A DNA stretch of 64,000 nucleotides from a virus (lineage: Duplodnaviria > Caudoviricetes). How positions within the stretch are numbered: the first letter of the stretch is position 1; the number at the start of each line of letters is the position of its first letter. A program made the translations under genes and the position numbers. The stretch lies in IMG/VR virus record IMGVR_UViG_3300048928_000482, positions 798 to 64,797 of that record; one strand, given 5' to 3'. The notes under the pieces are model-generated. The model was given only the letters and a program-made list of their open reading frames with translations. It was not told the DNA's origin and did no database searches. Of this stretch, positions 26,747 to 35,414 are shown piece by piece.

Positions 26747-27418
26747 ATGAAGAAGCAGGGGGCTGCGGCCCTGGTCGCAATCGTGCTAGCACTCGCCGGC
26801 TGCGGCGCGGCCGATGCTGGTGCGGAGAGCACGGAGGCGCCGAAGGAGACGAAGGCATCCGTCGAGCGCGTCACCGTACCGGATGTCGTGGGCATGTCGA
26901 TCGATGATGCGACGTCTAGCCTGACCGCAGAGGGCTTCCCCGTCGAGACGATCGGTGACGTCGGCGAGGTCGAATCGCAGTCGCCGTCTGGCGGAGTCGA
27001 GGTGGATCCCGGGACTTCGGTGATGCTCACCGTGGTGGACAAGGTCGCACAGGAGGCCGCCGCCGCCGAGGCTGCTGCCGCTGAGACTGCGCGAGTCGGC
27101 TCGGTGTCGCAACAGAACGCGTACAAGTCCGCGGTGTCCTACCTGAGTCACTCGGCCTTCTCACGGGCCGGGATCATAGGGCAGCTCACCAGCGAGTACG
27201 GCGAGGGGTACCCGCCGGAAGACGCTGAATTCGCCGTCGCTCGGCTTGAGGCCGAGGGTGGTGTCGACTGGAACGCTGAGGCGGCCGAGTCGGCTCAGTC
27301 GTACCTCAGCCACAGTGCGTTCTCACGGCAGGGACTCCTCGATCAACTCTCGAGCGAGTACGGCGAGCAGTTCACGCCGGAGCAGGCGGAGTACGGCGTC
27401 AGCACCACGGGCCTGTAG
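26747..27418 (+). CDS. Lipoprotein with PASTA domain and two Ltp (superinfection exclusion) repeats
   Basis: Lipobox LAGC; VPDVVGMS...QSP..G PASTA; SAVSYLSHSAFSRAG..QL.SEYGE repeat twice. Confidence 0.88.
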   Translation: MKKQGAAALVAIVLALAGCGAADAGAESTEAPKETKASVERVTVPDVVGMSIDDATSSLTAEGFPVETIGDVGEVESQSPSGGVEVDPGTSVMLTVVDKVAQEAAAAEAAAAETARVGSVSQQNAYKSAVSYLSHSAFSRAGIIGQLTSEYGEGYPPEDAEFAVARLEAEGGVDWNAEAAESAQSYLSHSAFSRQGLLDQLSSEYGEQFTPEQAEYGVSTTGL

Positions 27419-27502
27419 GCCGCGCGACGGCCGCCGCGCCGGTGGCGACGCCAGGGTCCGACAGGGACGGCCAAACGACCCGAATCGACACAGGAGGACA
27501 GC

Positions 27503-27934
27503 ATGAACAAGCAGGGGGTAGCCGCTCTGGCGGCGGTCGCGATGATCGCACTCGCAGGCTGCTCTGCCGGCGGAGATGGGGGTAGCGGCGACGCACCTCC
27601 GACGCCTGAGACGAAGGACGTGTCATACGCGACGATTGACGAGTTCCGCGATGCTGTCGTAGACGCCGGTGTGGACTGCTCGGGCTTCTCCGAGCGCACA
27701 GGCATGGCGCACGCTGCCGCCGGCGCCGACTGTAGTTCGGCGACAGTCATCATGATCTTCTCGTCCGAGTCGCAGCGCGACGAACAGGTCGCGACGCTCA
27801 AGTCCTTCGCGGTCGACGACGAGGGTCGGCCGCTGCTCGTCGGCCCGAACTGGGTCGTGAACGGCGGCATCGGAGACCTGGAGAAACTCCAGGCGGCGAT
27901 CGGCGGGATGATCGACACGTCGATGCCGAACTGA
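27503..27934 (+). CDS. Lipoprotein of unknown function
   Basis: Lipobox LAGC; LLVGPNWVVN; AGGAGG RBS. Confidence 0.8.
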   Translation: MNKQGVAALAAVAMIALAGCSAGGDGGSGDAPPTPETKDVSYATIDEFRDAVVDAGVDCSGFSERTGMAHAAAGADCSSATVIMIFSSESQRDEQVATLKSFAVDDEGRPLLVGPNWVVNGGIGDLEKLQAAIGGMIDTSMPN

Positions 27935-27939
27935 CGCCT

Positions 27940-29256
27940 CTACGACCTCACATCCTCCTCCTCGCCCTTCTTCTTCGGCGCCGGTCCGATCGCATCGACC
28001 CACGCACCACCCAGGGCGGTGACCGCGGCACGCTTCTCGGCCTCCTGCGCGTGCCGGTACATCTGCGTGACCTGGGCGCTGGAGTGTCCGACGATCTCGC
28101 CGATGACCTGGAAGTCCACCTTGAGCGACGCGAGGATCGTCACCGTGGTGTGCCGCGCCCAGTGCCCAGTCATCGACGTGCCACCGGGGATCGCCTCGGC
28201 CTTGGTGATGACGCCGGCGGTGTGCAGCAGGTCGCGCCACTCCTGGGCGTCGTCCTTCGGGAGGATCGGTGCACCGGTGCCGTCGTGCCAGATGAGCCCG
28301 TGAGGGTTCGGCAGGTGCGCGGTTGCCGCGAGGTGACGACGGATCGCCTCGACGAGCTGGGGGACGAGCGGGATGACGCGCCCGGTCCGGGACTTCGGGC
28401 GCGTGAGGTGCCAGGCACCGGTGAGGCGGATCATCTCGAAGTCGTCAGGGATGATCCATCGCGCCTGCGGGCAGCGAGCGCCCTGCTTGAAGCCGCAGGG
28501 GTCGTCGCCGCAGCCGTGCTGGCGGCGGAGCTCCTCGAGCTTCCACGACACGGTGTAGAGCCCGGCATCGAGATCAAGGTCGGCGAGGGTGGCGCCGAGG
28601 ATCTCACCCTGCCGCTGCCCGACGAGGAGCTTGAACCACCAGCGCGACCCGGCGGAGTCGGGCATCTCGGCGGCGGCCTTGAGGATGGCGACGGCCTGGG
28701 CCGTGGTGAGGGACCCGCGGTCCTTGACGACGACGGCGCCGCGCGCGCCGGGCTTGCGGACGTCGTGCGCGACGTTGGTCCGGACGATCTTCTCCGCCAC
28801 GGCGGCGTCGAGGATCATCGACAGGACGATGTGCGCTTGGCGAACGGTGGAGGTGGCTCGTCCGGCGTCGGTCATCTTGACGCGCAGGGCCCGCACGTCG
28901 GAGGGCTTGAGCGCGGAGACCTTCCTGTGCCCGAGGGTGGGGACGATCCACTTGCGGACGAGGCTGGCGTACCCGGCGTAGGTCTTGGGGTCGATGTCAG
29001 GCTTGGCGACGGTCTCCAGCCAGTGCGGCGCCCACTGCTCGACCTTGACGCTCTTGGCGAGCGGGGAGCCGTGCTCGGTGACCTCGGCGCGCAGGCGGTT
29101 GAGTCGGCGGGCGCACTCGGCCTTGGTCTTGGCGGTGACGTACCACTGCTGGCGGGCTCCGGTGGCGTCGAGCCCGCCGTCGACGACGCCACGCCAGAGC
29201 TTGCCGCCGCGGATCTCGTACAGGGCTCCGTCACCGTGAGAGCGGGTCTTGGGCAT
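27940..29256 (-). CDS. int: Tyrosine integrase
   Basis: GQRQGEILG (R), PKS (K), HWARHT, IVGH, MYRH (Y); N-terminal GDGALY arm-binding domain; Cys-rich insertion. Confidence 0.95.
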   Translation of the reverse strand: MPKTRSHGDGALYEIRGGKLWRGVVDGGLDATGARQQWYVTAKTKAECARRLNRLRAEVTEHGSPLAKSVKVEQWAPHWLETVAKPDIDPKTYAGYASLVRKWIVPTLGHRKVSALKPSDVRALRVKMTDAGRATSTVRQAHIVLSMILDAAVAEKIVRTNVAHDVRKPGARGAVVVKDRGSLTTAQAVAILKAAAEMPDSAGSRWWFKLLVGQRQGEILGATLADLDLDAGLYTVSWKLEELRRQHGCGDDPCGFKQGARCPQARWIIPDDFEMIRLTGAWHLTRPKSRTGRVIPLVPQLVEAIRRHLAATAHLPNPHGLIWHDGTGAPILPKDDAQEWRDLLHTAGVITKAEAIPGGTSMTGHWARHTTVTILASLKVDFQVIGEIVGHSSAQVTQMYRHAQEAEKRAAVTALGGAWVDAIGPAPKKKGEEEDVRS

Positions 29257-29268
29257 CGCTCACCTCCG

Positions 29269-29290
29269 GTGCACACATTAGTGCACACAT
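29269..29290. repeat. Tandem GTGCACACAT repeats, probable integrase arm-type sites
   Basis: Exact 10-mers at 29269-29278 and 29281-29290, between the int start and the att core. Confidence 0.7.
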
Positions 29291-29405
29291 GACTTGACTG
29301 GACATGGGTATGACATGACACCCCACACGATGGGGTCGTTTTGGACCTGACCTGCGGTTTCGCGAGGTGAGAGGTCTGCCAGCCATGTCCACAGCATAGC
29401 GTTTC

Positions 29406-29453
29406 GTCCGACTGTTAATCGGACGGTTGCTGGTTCGAGTCCAGCCGAGGGAG
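29406..29453 (+). tRNA. 3' half only of tRNA-Asn(GTT) = att core (prophage attR / ICE attL junction)
   Basis: TCCGA-CTGTTAA-TCGGA anticodon arm, GCTGG-TTCGAGT-CCAGC T arm, CGAGGGA-G acceptor strand; no D arm or TCCCTCG 5' strand upstream. Confidence 0.88.
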
Positions 29454-29723
29454 CACAGAACCCCCATCTGACGTCGTCAGGTGGGGGTTGTGCTTTTCCG
29501 GGAGCAGTGCGGTCACTTCGACGCCGAGCGCGTCCGCCGCCGCGATGAGGTCGGCGATGGTCCACGGCACCTGTCCGCGGAGTTTCTTCGACACGCCCGA
29601 CTGGCCGATCCCGAGGGCGGCACCGAGTGCTCCCTGCTTGATGCGCTGGCGCCACATGATCTGGTGGACGCGCTCGCCAACCTCGGCGTCGACGCTGATC
29701 TCGGGTCCGATCGGCAGGCTCAT
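29415..29723 (-). CDS. XRE/BetR-like repressor whose 3' end overlaps the att core
   Basis: IKQGALGAALGIGQSGVSKKLRGQVPWT HTH; ends LPRLDSNQQPSD* antisense to the tRNA. Confidence 0.88.
   Translation of the reverse strand: MSLPIGPEISVDAEVGERVHQIMWRQRIKQGALGAALGIGQSGVSKKLRGQVPWTIADLIAAADALGVEVTALLPEKHNPHLTTSDGGSVLPRLDSNQQPSD
29459..29497 (+). terminator. Intrinsic terminator-like hairpin after the tRNA 3' end
   Basis: AACCCCCATCTGAC-GTC-GTCAGGTGGGGGTT followed by GTGCTTTT. Confidence 0.75.
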
Positions 29724-29730
29724 GAGCATG

Positions 29731-29840
29731 AGGCTAGGGCTTGCCCATCGAGGTAGTCAACGACCAAAAGGGGCATATCGCCTCTGTGAGACTGGCAAGT
29801 CCTGACAAGACTTGACCGGGCAACTCGCCCCCTCTACGTT
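29731..29840. promoter_or_regulatory. Divergent leaderless SigA-type promoters with an inverted repeat between them
   Basis: Minus: TTGACT-18-TAGCCT, ATG 7 nt downstream; plus: TTGACC-17-TACGTT, ATG 6 nt downstream; CAAGTC-n7-GACTTG at 29796-29814. Confidence 0.7.
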
Positions 29841-29846
29841 CGATGC

Positions 29847-30077
29847 ATGCCCACCAGGACTGAAGTGCACTCGGAGTACCGGCTGACGACTGGTCAGGCT
29901 GCAGGGCTCCTCGGCGTCAGCGTCCGAACCGTCCTACGTCTCGAGGAACGGGGAGACCTGTGCCCTCGCAGGCTTCCAAGCGGGCATCGGCGGTTCAGTG
30001 AGCACGAGGTCACTTCTCTCATGACTCCCGGCTACTCCGTAGGCGAGCGTCCCAGCGACTTGGTAGACCCGCGATGA
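29847..30077 (+). CDS. MerR/BldC-like HTH (Xis/Cro-like)
   Basis: LTTGQAAGLLGVSVRTVLR...RLPSGHRRF. Confidence 0.85.
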   Translation: MPTRTEVHSEYRLTTGQAAGLLGVSVRTVLRLEERGDLCPRRLPSGHRRFSEHEVTSLMTPGYSVGERPSDLVDPR

Positions 30078-30259
30078 GCCCCCAGGCCGATACGCGCGCC
30101 ACGGCGGTCTATGCGGGCACCTGCGAGTTCTGCGCCAGCGACGTCACGGTGACCGTGCGCCTCTCGCGTGCCTGCTCGGGACGTGAGGAGGGCTTCGACA
30201 TGAGTTCGTGCCCGGGCTGCGGGGCGCTGTTCCCGGTCGAGCTGGTCCGGGTCTCGTGA
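30074..30259 (+). CDS. Small Zn-ribbon protein
   Basis: CEFC...CPGC; overlaps at both ends. Confidence 0.55.
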   Translation: MSPQADTRATAVYAGTCEFCASDVTVTVRLSRACSGREEGFDMSSCPGCGALFPVELVRVS

Positions 30260-31338
30260 GCGCGATCGCTCCGTCCCGGACCGCTTCGGTGCCCACCCTG
30301 TCTGTGGACTCCGCTCGGGAGCTGACGGAGCAGATCCGCGCCTGCGTGGTGCGCACGATCGACGTGCTCGGGGAGATCGACGCGCTGGTGGTCCGGGCGT
30401 ACGAGGGCCGGGCGTGGGTGGTCCTGGGTCACGACTCGTGGGAGGCGTACTGCGCTGCTGAGTTCTCGGACTCGCGGCTGTGGCAGAGCGTCGCTCAGCG
30501 GCAGGCAGCGACGCTGCGCCTGCGAGAGGCCGGGCTGTCGGAGCGAGCCGTCGCGGCAGTCCTGGGCGTCGGGAAGGGGACGGTCGGGCGCGACGTCGAG
30601 TCGGTATCGACTGCCCCGACCGGGGCAGTCGATACCGCTGTGGGGCTGGATGGTCGTGAGCGGCCGGCCCGTCGTCAGGACTCGGCGCAGGTGCGGCGGC
30701 GTTCGGCGACGGTCGTGGCGCTGCGGTCTCAGGGTTGCACGCAGGTGGAGATCGCCGCGCAGCTCGGGATCGCCCAGTCCACGGTGAGCACCTGCCTCGC
30801 GATGGCCACCGCCCGGGGCGAGCTGGATCCGGTCGCGGTGCTGGGCGTGCCCGAGCCCCGGCCGCCCGTCGACGACACCTCGGTCGAGACGTCGACGGTG
30901 CCAGCGCCGTCGCGTGCTGGGGCGCTGATCGCAGAGGCGGCGGCGCGCGCTGCTGCTCTGTCGACGCACGTGCGTGCGCTGCGCGAGACGGTCGTCGACG
31001 CCGACGAGTGGACGAGCGACGTGCTGCTCGCGGCGGATGTCGCCGACGTCGTGAGCACGCCTCTCGCCGAGGTGGCAGGCGAGCTCGAGTACGTCCTGGC
31101 GCACCTCGACGAGTCGCCGTCGCGGCTCCATGTGCCGCCGTCGGCGCGCTCGCACGTCCTGCGTGCCCGGCGGGTGCGGCAGATCGCCCGGGCGCTCGCG
31201 TCGGGGCAGAGCACGCCCCAGGTCGCGGCGGGCCTGGGGATCGATGTCGACGTCGTGGTCCGTGTGGACAGCGAGGTCGCGGCGCTACCGGCTGACCGCC
31301 GCCCGGGCGCCGGCGGACATCAGGTCTCGGGCGGCTGA
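30256..31338 (+). CDS. Multi-HTH DNA-binding protein
   Basis: RAWVVLGHDSWEAYCAAEF motif and three HTH-like segments. Confidence 0.75.
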   Translation: MSAIAPSRTASVPTLSVDSARELTEQIRACVVRTIDVLGEIDALVVRAYEGRAWVVLGHDSWEAYCAAEFSDSRLWQSVAQRQAATLRLREAGLSERAVAAVLGVGKGTVGRDVESVSTAPTGAVDTAVGLDGRERPARRQDSAQVRRRSATVVALRSQGCTQVEIAAQLGIAQSTVSTCLAMATARGELDPVAVLGVPEPRPPVDDTSVETSTVPAPSRAGALIAEAAARAAALSTHVRALRETVVDADEWTSDVLLAADVADVVSTPLAEVAGELEYVLAHLDESPSRLHVPPSARSHVLRARRVRQIARALASGQSTPQVAAGLGIDVDVVVRVDSEVAALPADRRPGAGGHQVSGG

Positions 31339-31494
31339 GCCCGGACACGACGAAGGCCGGCTCCCTTGGCCCGGCGCCGGCCTTGTCGCTCTCGAAGAGA
31401 ACCAACGAAGGGATCCTCACATGGACGCCGTGCTGGTGCCTAGACCGACGCCGGGTGGATTCGGTCCTGTCGAACTGCGATGCGGGGTCGGCCG

Positions 31495-31920
31495 ATGACC
31501 GGGCCGGAGGTCGGCGTGCGCCGGCGCGACCGTCTGGTGCCCCGCCAGCTGCTGGTGCTGCTGTGGGCATGGGCTGCGGTGATCACGCTGGTCTGGGCCG
31601 CGGGGGCACTCGCGGGTGGGTTGCCGGCTCGGTTGGTGCCGTGGACGGTCACCGGCTCGGCGCTGATCGGGTTGTCCGCAGCACGCTCGGGTGCCCGTCG
31701 TCTGTGGTGGGCGGTTCTCCACGCCGGCGTTCATCTTCCGTTGCTCGCCGTCCAGGTCAGCGGTGGGTGGCTCGTGCTCGGGGCGTTCGCGGCGGTCGCC
31801 GCGACGGTCGGCACGCACGTCGCGATGCGGCCTTCGGTCGGGGCGGCGTGGTTCGCGTGGACGGCGACAGCGCTGGTGCTGCTGGCGGCCGCGAGTCGGT
31901 TGTTCGGCGGTGCGTCGTGA
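31495..31920 (+). CDS. Membrane protein
   Basis: Several hydrophobic segments. Confidence 0.55.
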   Translation: MTGPEVGVRRRDRLVPRQLLVLLWAWAAVITLVWAAGALAGGLPARLVPWTVTGSALIGLSAARSGARRLWWAVLHAGVHLPLLAVQVSGGWLVLGAFAAVAATVGTHVAMRPSVGAAWFAWTATALVLLAAASRLFGGAS

Positions 31921-32252
31921 CTCGGCGCACGGCGGGGAGACCGGTCGGCGACGCGGCGTGGATGGCGGACGCCTGGTGCGCGTCGCCGGAGGGAGTCGCG
32001 TCGGGGTTGTCGTGGCTCGACGAGGAGCCGTCTGCCGGTGCCCGGGCGAAGGTGGCGTGCCGTGAGCACTGTCCGGTCATCGGGCAGTGCCTGGTCTGGG
32101 CTCTGGGTGCGGAAGCGCGCATGGGGGTGGCGGGCCGCGGCGGGGTCTGGGGTGGTCTGGGCCCCACGGAGCGTGAGGACGCGTCGCGTGCGGCTCATCT
32201 GCAGCAGCGCCGGGACCGGGGTCGATCGAAGCGGATCGGGGGCGCAGCGTGA
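31917..32252 (+). CDS. WhiB-family protein (ICE)
   Basis: WMADAWC...AKVACREHCPVIGQCL...GVWGGLGPTER. Confidence 0.85.
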   Translation: MTRRTAGRPVGDAAWMADAWCASPEGVASGLSWLDEEPSAGARAKVACREHCPVIGQCLVWALGAEARMGVAGRGGVWGGLGPTEREDASRAAHLQQRRDRGRSKRIGGAA

Positions 32253-32731
32253 TGGCGCCGGGTCGGGGTCGGTGGGCGCAGGTCGGCGGCTCGGCCTGGA
32301 CGGTGGTCGTCCATCCGGACGCGGGGTGGTGGCCGCGGGCGGTCACCCGCATCGCGGCGACTGCCGTGTGCCGCCTCGTCGGGCTCGCGGGTGGGTCGCG
32401 GTGGCTGCCGCAAGCCGTCGTGAGACTCGCGGGTGGGCGTCTGGTGGAGCCGGTGCGGTTGTGCGACCCCGACGAGGACGACCTGGGGATGCCATCGCGC
32501 TTCTTCGTGCTCAGTGCGGATGCCGCTGACCGCACGGTTGAGCACGACCCGTCGACGGCGGGGCTGGTGCACGAGCTGCTGTGGCACGCGGGGCGGCCGG
32601 CGACGAGCGCAACCGGCGACTGGGCGAGCGCCGCGCACGAGCGTGACGCGGACGAGGCAGATGTTCCCTGTCAGGCCTGGGTGCAGTTCGTGCTCCGTGT
32701 CTTGTCGCTGCGCGCCGGGCAGGTGCGATGA
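32249..32731 (+). CDS. Hypothetical protein
   Basis: Coupled ORF in the ICE operon. Confidence 0.5.
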   Translation: MMAPGRGRWAQVGGSAWTVVVHPDAGWWPRAVTRIAATAVCRLVGLAGGSRWLPQAVVRLAGGRLVEPVRLCDPDEDDLGMPSRFFVLSADAADRTVEHDPSTAGLVHELLWHAGRPATSATGDWASAAHERDADEADVPCQAWVQFVLRVLSLRAGQVR

Positions 32732-33711
32732 GCTCGCCGGTAACGCATGGTGGTGGCGCCTTCGCCGCGGCGATGTGGCCGGGCCTGTGGCTCTCGGGTG
32801 TCTTGGCCGTCCTGGCGTTCGCGCTCTCGTTCTCCGCGCTGTCGGCCGTCGGTGTCGCCTCGGGGATCGACCCGCGGCTCGGTTGGGCGTTCCCGTTGAT
32901 CATCGACGGGTTCATCCTGCTCGCGACCTGGGCCGCGTGGCGGTTCCGTGCTCAGGGGTTGCGGGGCGCCTGGTACCCGTGGGCCGCGTTCGTGGTGTTC
33001 TCGGCGGTCTCGATGACGGGCAACGCATTGCACGCTCACCCGGTCGAGGTGAACGGTCTGCTGCTGGCCGGGTGGGCGGCGACGGCGTTCTCGACGGTGC
33101 CCTCCATCGCCCTGCTCGTGGCCTCGCACATGCTGCTGATGATCGCCACGGCTCGGGTCGCGCCGCGGAACTCAGGTGCGCACGCCGTCCATGGCGAGCG
33201 CGTCGTCGAGTCCGCTGGGGAACGCGACGGGGCGGCGTCGTCGGACCCGGTCCAGGTGTCCCCGATGACCGATCCCGCGCCTGCGGGTGTCCCACCGCGG
33301 CCCAGCGGTCGTCCGGTGCGGGCGAGTTCGTCAGTTCCGTCTGGTCAGGGTCGACCGACGGAGGGCGACCGGGTGCCGACACCGGCACGGAACGGTCACG
33401 AGGCACTCCGGGCGGGCGTCGAGGTGGCCGTTCGTCCTCGGGCTCTGACCCTCGTTCGGCAGTCCGCTGCTCTCGCGACGGCTCCGGACCTCGTGGTTCT
33501 CGAACAGCCGCAGGTCCCCACTGCCTCGACAGTCTCGGCGGCGGGGTCGCCGGTCGCTGACTGGGTGGCCGCGCGCGTCGCGGATGGCCTGCCGGTGACG
33601 GGACGAGAGCTCGTGTCGGCGGGGCTGGCGACCTCGGAGTCGACGGCGCGGCGGTGGCTGCGCGAGCTGCGCGCTGTCGACCCCGGAGTCTTCGTCGGGC
33701 AGCGCCGATGA
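32728..33711 (+). CDS. DUF2637/SpdA-like membrane protein with C-terminal HTH
   Basis: AFALSFSAL...WAFPLIIDGFIL...SMTGNALHA...VPSIALLVASH; TSESTARRWL. Confidence 0.8.
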   Translation: MSSPVTHGGGAFAAAMWPGLWLSGVLAVLAFALSFSALSAVGVASGIDPRLGWAFPLIIDGFILLATWAAWRFRAQGLRGAWYPWAAFVVFSAVSMTGNALHAHPVEVNGLLLAGWAATAFSTVPSIALLVASHMLLMIATARVAPRNSGAHAVHGERVVESAGERDGAASSDPVQVSPMTDPAPAGVPPRPSGRPVRASSSVPSGQGRPTEGDRVPTPARNGHEALRAGVEVAVRPRALTLVRQSAALATAPDLVVLEQPQVPTASTVSAAGSPVADWVAARVADGLPVTGRELVSAGLATSESTARRWLRELRAVDPGVFVGQRR

Positions 33712-34418
33712 CCGGCAGGAGACCGCGTGCGGGCATGCGCGGGGCGTCGAGCGTGCGCCTCTGGGTAGTCGGCATGACCTGCGGTGTCGTCGTGCTCGCG
33801 GCGATCTGGTGGGGATCAGCGGTCGTGAACGCGCCGCGCGTGGTGGTCGGCGACCCGATGACGTCAACGGTCGAGGTGGGCGAGTCGGCTCCGTTGAGGT
33901 GGACGGCTCGCGGACCGGGCACATGCAGGGTCGAGGTGACGACCTCTCCCGCCGACGGGGACCTGTTCCTGGTGACCGGACGGGTCGAGTGCGTCGACGA
34001 GCGGTCCGCGGTGCGCCGGCTCCAGGACGCGGTCTCGGCGTGGGTGTTCGCCAGTGGCGGGCGGTTGCCCTGGGTCTACTGGCTCTGGGACGTGCGGGTC
34101 ACCGGCGTTGGCGCACTGGCCTGGGCGCTGGTCGCCCGGAAGTGCTGCTCGGCGAATCGGGTGGTGGGCGCGGTCGGGGCGCTGTGCGCGATGGCGGCCG
34201 GGCTCTGGGTGTCGGTGGCGGCTGCCGGCGCCAGCGTGGTCGTCGGACCGGCTGGTTCTGTGCGGGAGAACGTCTTCGTCCTGGTCGGGGCAGGTGTGCG
34301 GTGCGCCGTCGCGATGTGGCTCGTGGCGCTGGCCGGGGTGTGGGTGGGGAGAAGGGTGCACGGGCGAGGTGCCGGTGCACCGCTGGACTCGAAGGGTGAT
34401 CCCGGTGTTCCGGGCTGA
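33708..34418 (+). CDS. Membrane protein
   Basis: Four hydrophobic segments; ATGA overlap. Confidence 0.55.
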   Translation: MTGRRPRAGMRGASSVRLWVVGMTCGVVVLAAIWWGSAVVNAPRVVVGDPMTSTVEVGESAPLRWTARGPGTCRVEVTTSPADGDLFLVTGRVECVDERSAVRRLQDAVSAWVFASGGRLPWVYWLWDVRVTGVGALAWALVARKCCSANRVVGAVGALCAMAAGLWVSVAAAGASVVVGPAGSVRENVFVLVGAGVRCAVAMWLVALAGVWVGRRVHGRGAGAPLDSKGDPGVPG

Positions 34419-34529
34419 CGGGGGCCTGGGCGCCGACATCCGGTCGTGGCATTCGGCCTGCTCGTATGGAGTGTCTGGCGCCGAGGGCGGCCCTGCGGGG
34501 CCCCCTCGGCGTGCCAGGGCGAGGCCCTG

Positions 34530-35414
34530 GTGAGTGCCGAGCTGGAGCACGCTGCGCTCTGGGCGGGGCTGCACGGGGAACTGACGGTGTTCGCGCGGCG
34601 TGGTCTGGCGCGTGCGGTCGCGTCCTCGCCGACGGCTCGGGCTGGGGTCGGGGACCTGACGGGGGCGGCCGAGGACGTGGCGGCGGAGGTGCTCCTGCAG
34701 TTGTGGGAGCGCCGGGAGCGGTGGCACGGGCTGCGGGATCCGCGCGGGTGGGCGTTCGGCATGGCTCGGGTCCAGGTGGCCCGGCACGTGCGGGCGGCTC
34801 GGTCCCTCGCCGCGCTCGAGGTGCATCTGCCCGATGACGGGATCGAGCTTCTCGCCGATCGCTGTCCCGAAGTCGACGCAGCGGCCGATCGTGACATCGT
34901 CGAGTCGCACGCGCGGGCGTGGGCGCTGGCCAGGGTGCGAGCCGCGGTCGTCGACCGGCTCGGCGCGGATGCGTGGGACCAGGTGGTGATGGTGACCTGC
35001 GGGTCGGGGCCGTCCCGGGCTCGGGCCGCGAGGGCGGTGCTGGCCGAACAGGTCCGCCGCGTGGGGTCCGGTGCGGGCGTGGACGTCGCGAGCGTTGCTT
35101 GCACGACCGGTCTCTCGATCGGGGTGTGGGCGACGGGCCAGGTCGCGGCGCGTCGAGGGCTGAACCCCGCCAGGGCGGTCGCCGACGGCGTGGCGACGTC
35201 GGTGGGACGGGCCCGGCGGGCGCTGGCCCGGTGGCGGGCCGAGCAGGCGGCCCTGGTCGATGACCGCACGGATGCCGACCTGCTCGTCGCCTCAGGAGTG
35301 GTGGACGACCTGCCGAATGACCGCCGGGCCGATGCGGCGCGGTCCCTGGTCGGCTGGCTGGCCTGGGCTCATCCGCACCTGGTGCGCGACGCACAGCTGA
35401 CCAGGACGTCGTGA
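34530..35414 (+). CDS. Sigma-70 (ECF) region-2-like protein
   Basis: AEDVAAEVLLQLWERR...DPRGWAFGMARVQVARHVR; start uncertain. Confidence 0.6.
   Translation: MSAELEHAALWAGLHGELTVFARRGLARAVASSPTARAGVGDLTGAAEDVAAEVLLQLWERRERWHGLRDPRGWAFGMARVQVARHVRAARSLAALEVHLPDDGIELLADRCPEVDAAADRDIVESHARAWALARVRAAVVDRLGADAWDQVVMVTCGSGPSRARAARAVLAEQVRRVGSGAGVDVASVACTTGLSIGVWATGQVAARRGLNPARAVADGVATSVGRARRALARWRAEQAALVDDRTDADLLVASGVVDDLPNDRRADAARSLVGWLAWAHPHLVRDAQLTRTS

Larger units (their letters stand above)
1..29453. mobile_element. Temperate siphovirus prophage (left part, tail and lysis genes, outside the window); right boundary at the tRNA-Asn-derived att core
   Basis: Contiguous head, packaging, replication, immunity and integrase modules in canonical actinophage order, ending at a tRNA 3' fragment next to the integrase. 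Confidence 0.95.

Noticed and set aside
27940-28010. ssrA-like degradation tag on the integrase, as in BPs-type systems
   Set aside because: C-terminus is KKKGEEEDVRS, not tag-like; consistent with this integrase belonging to the left prophage, which has its own conventional repressor.
29378-29456. Complete tRNA-Asn gene
   Set aside because: No 5' acceptor strand or D arm upstream of the anticodon arm; only the att-core 3' half is present.
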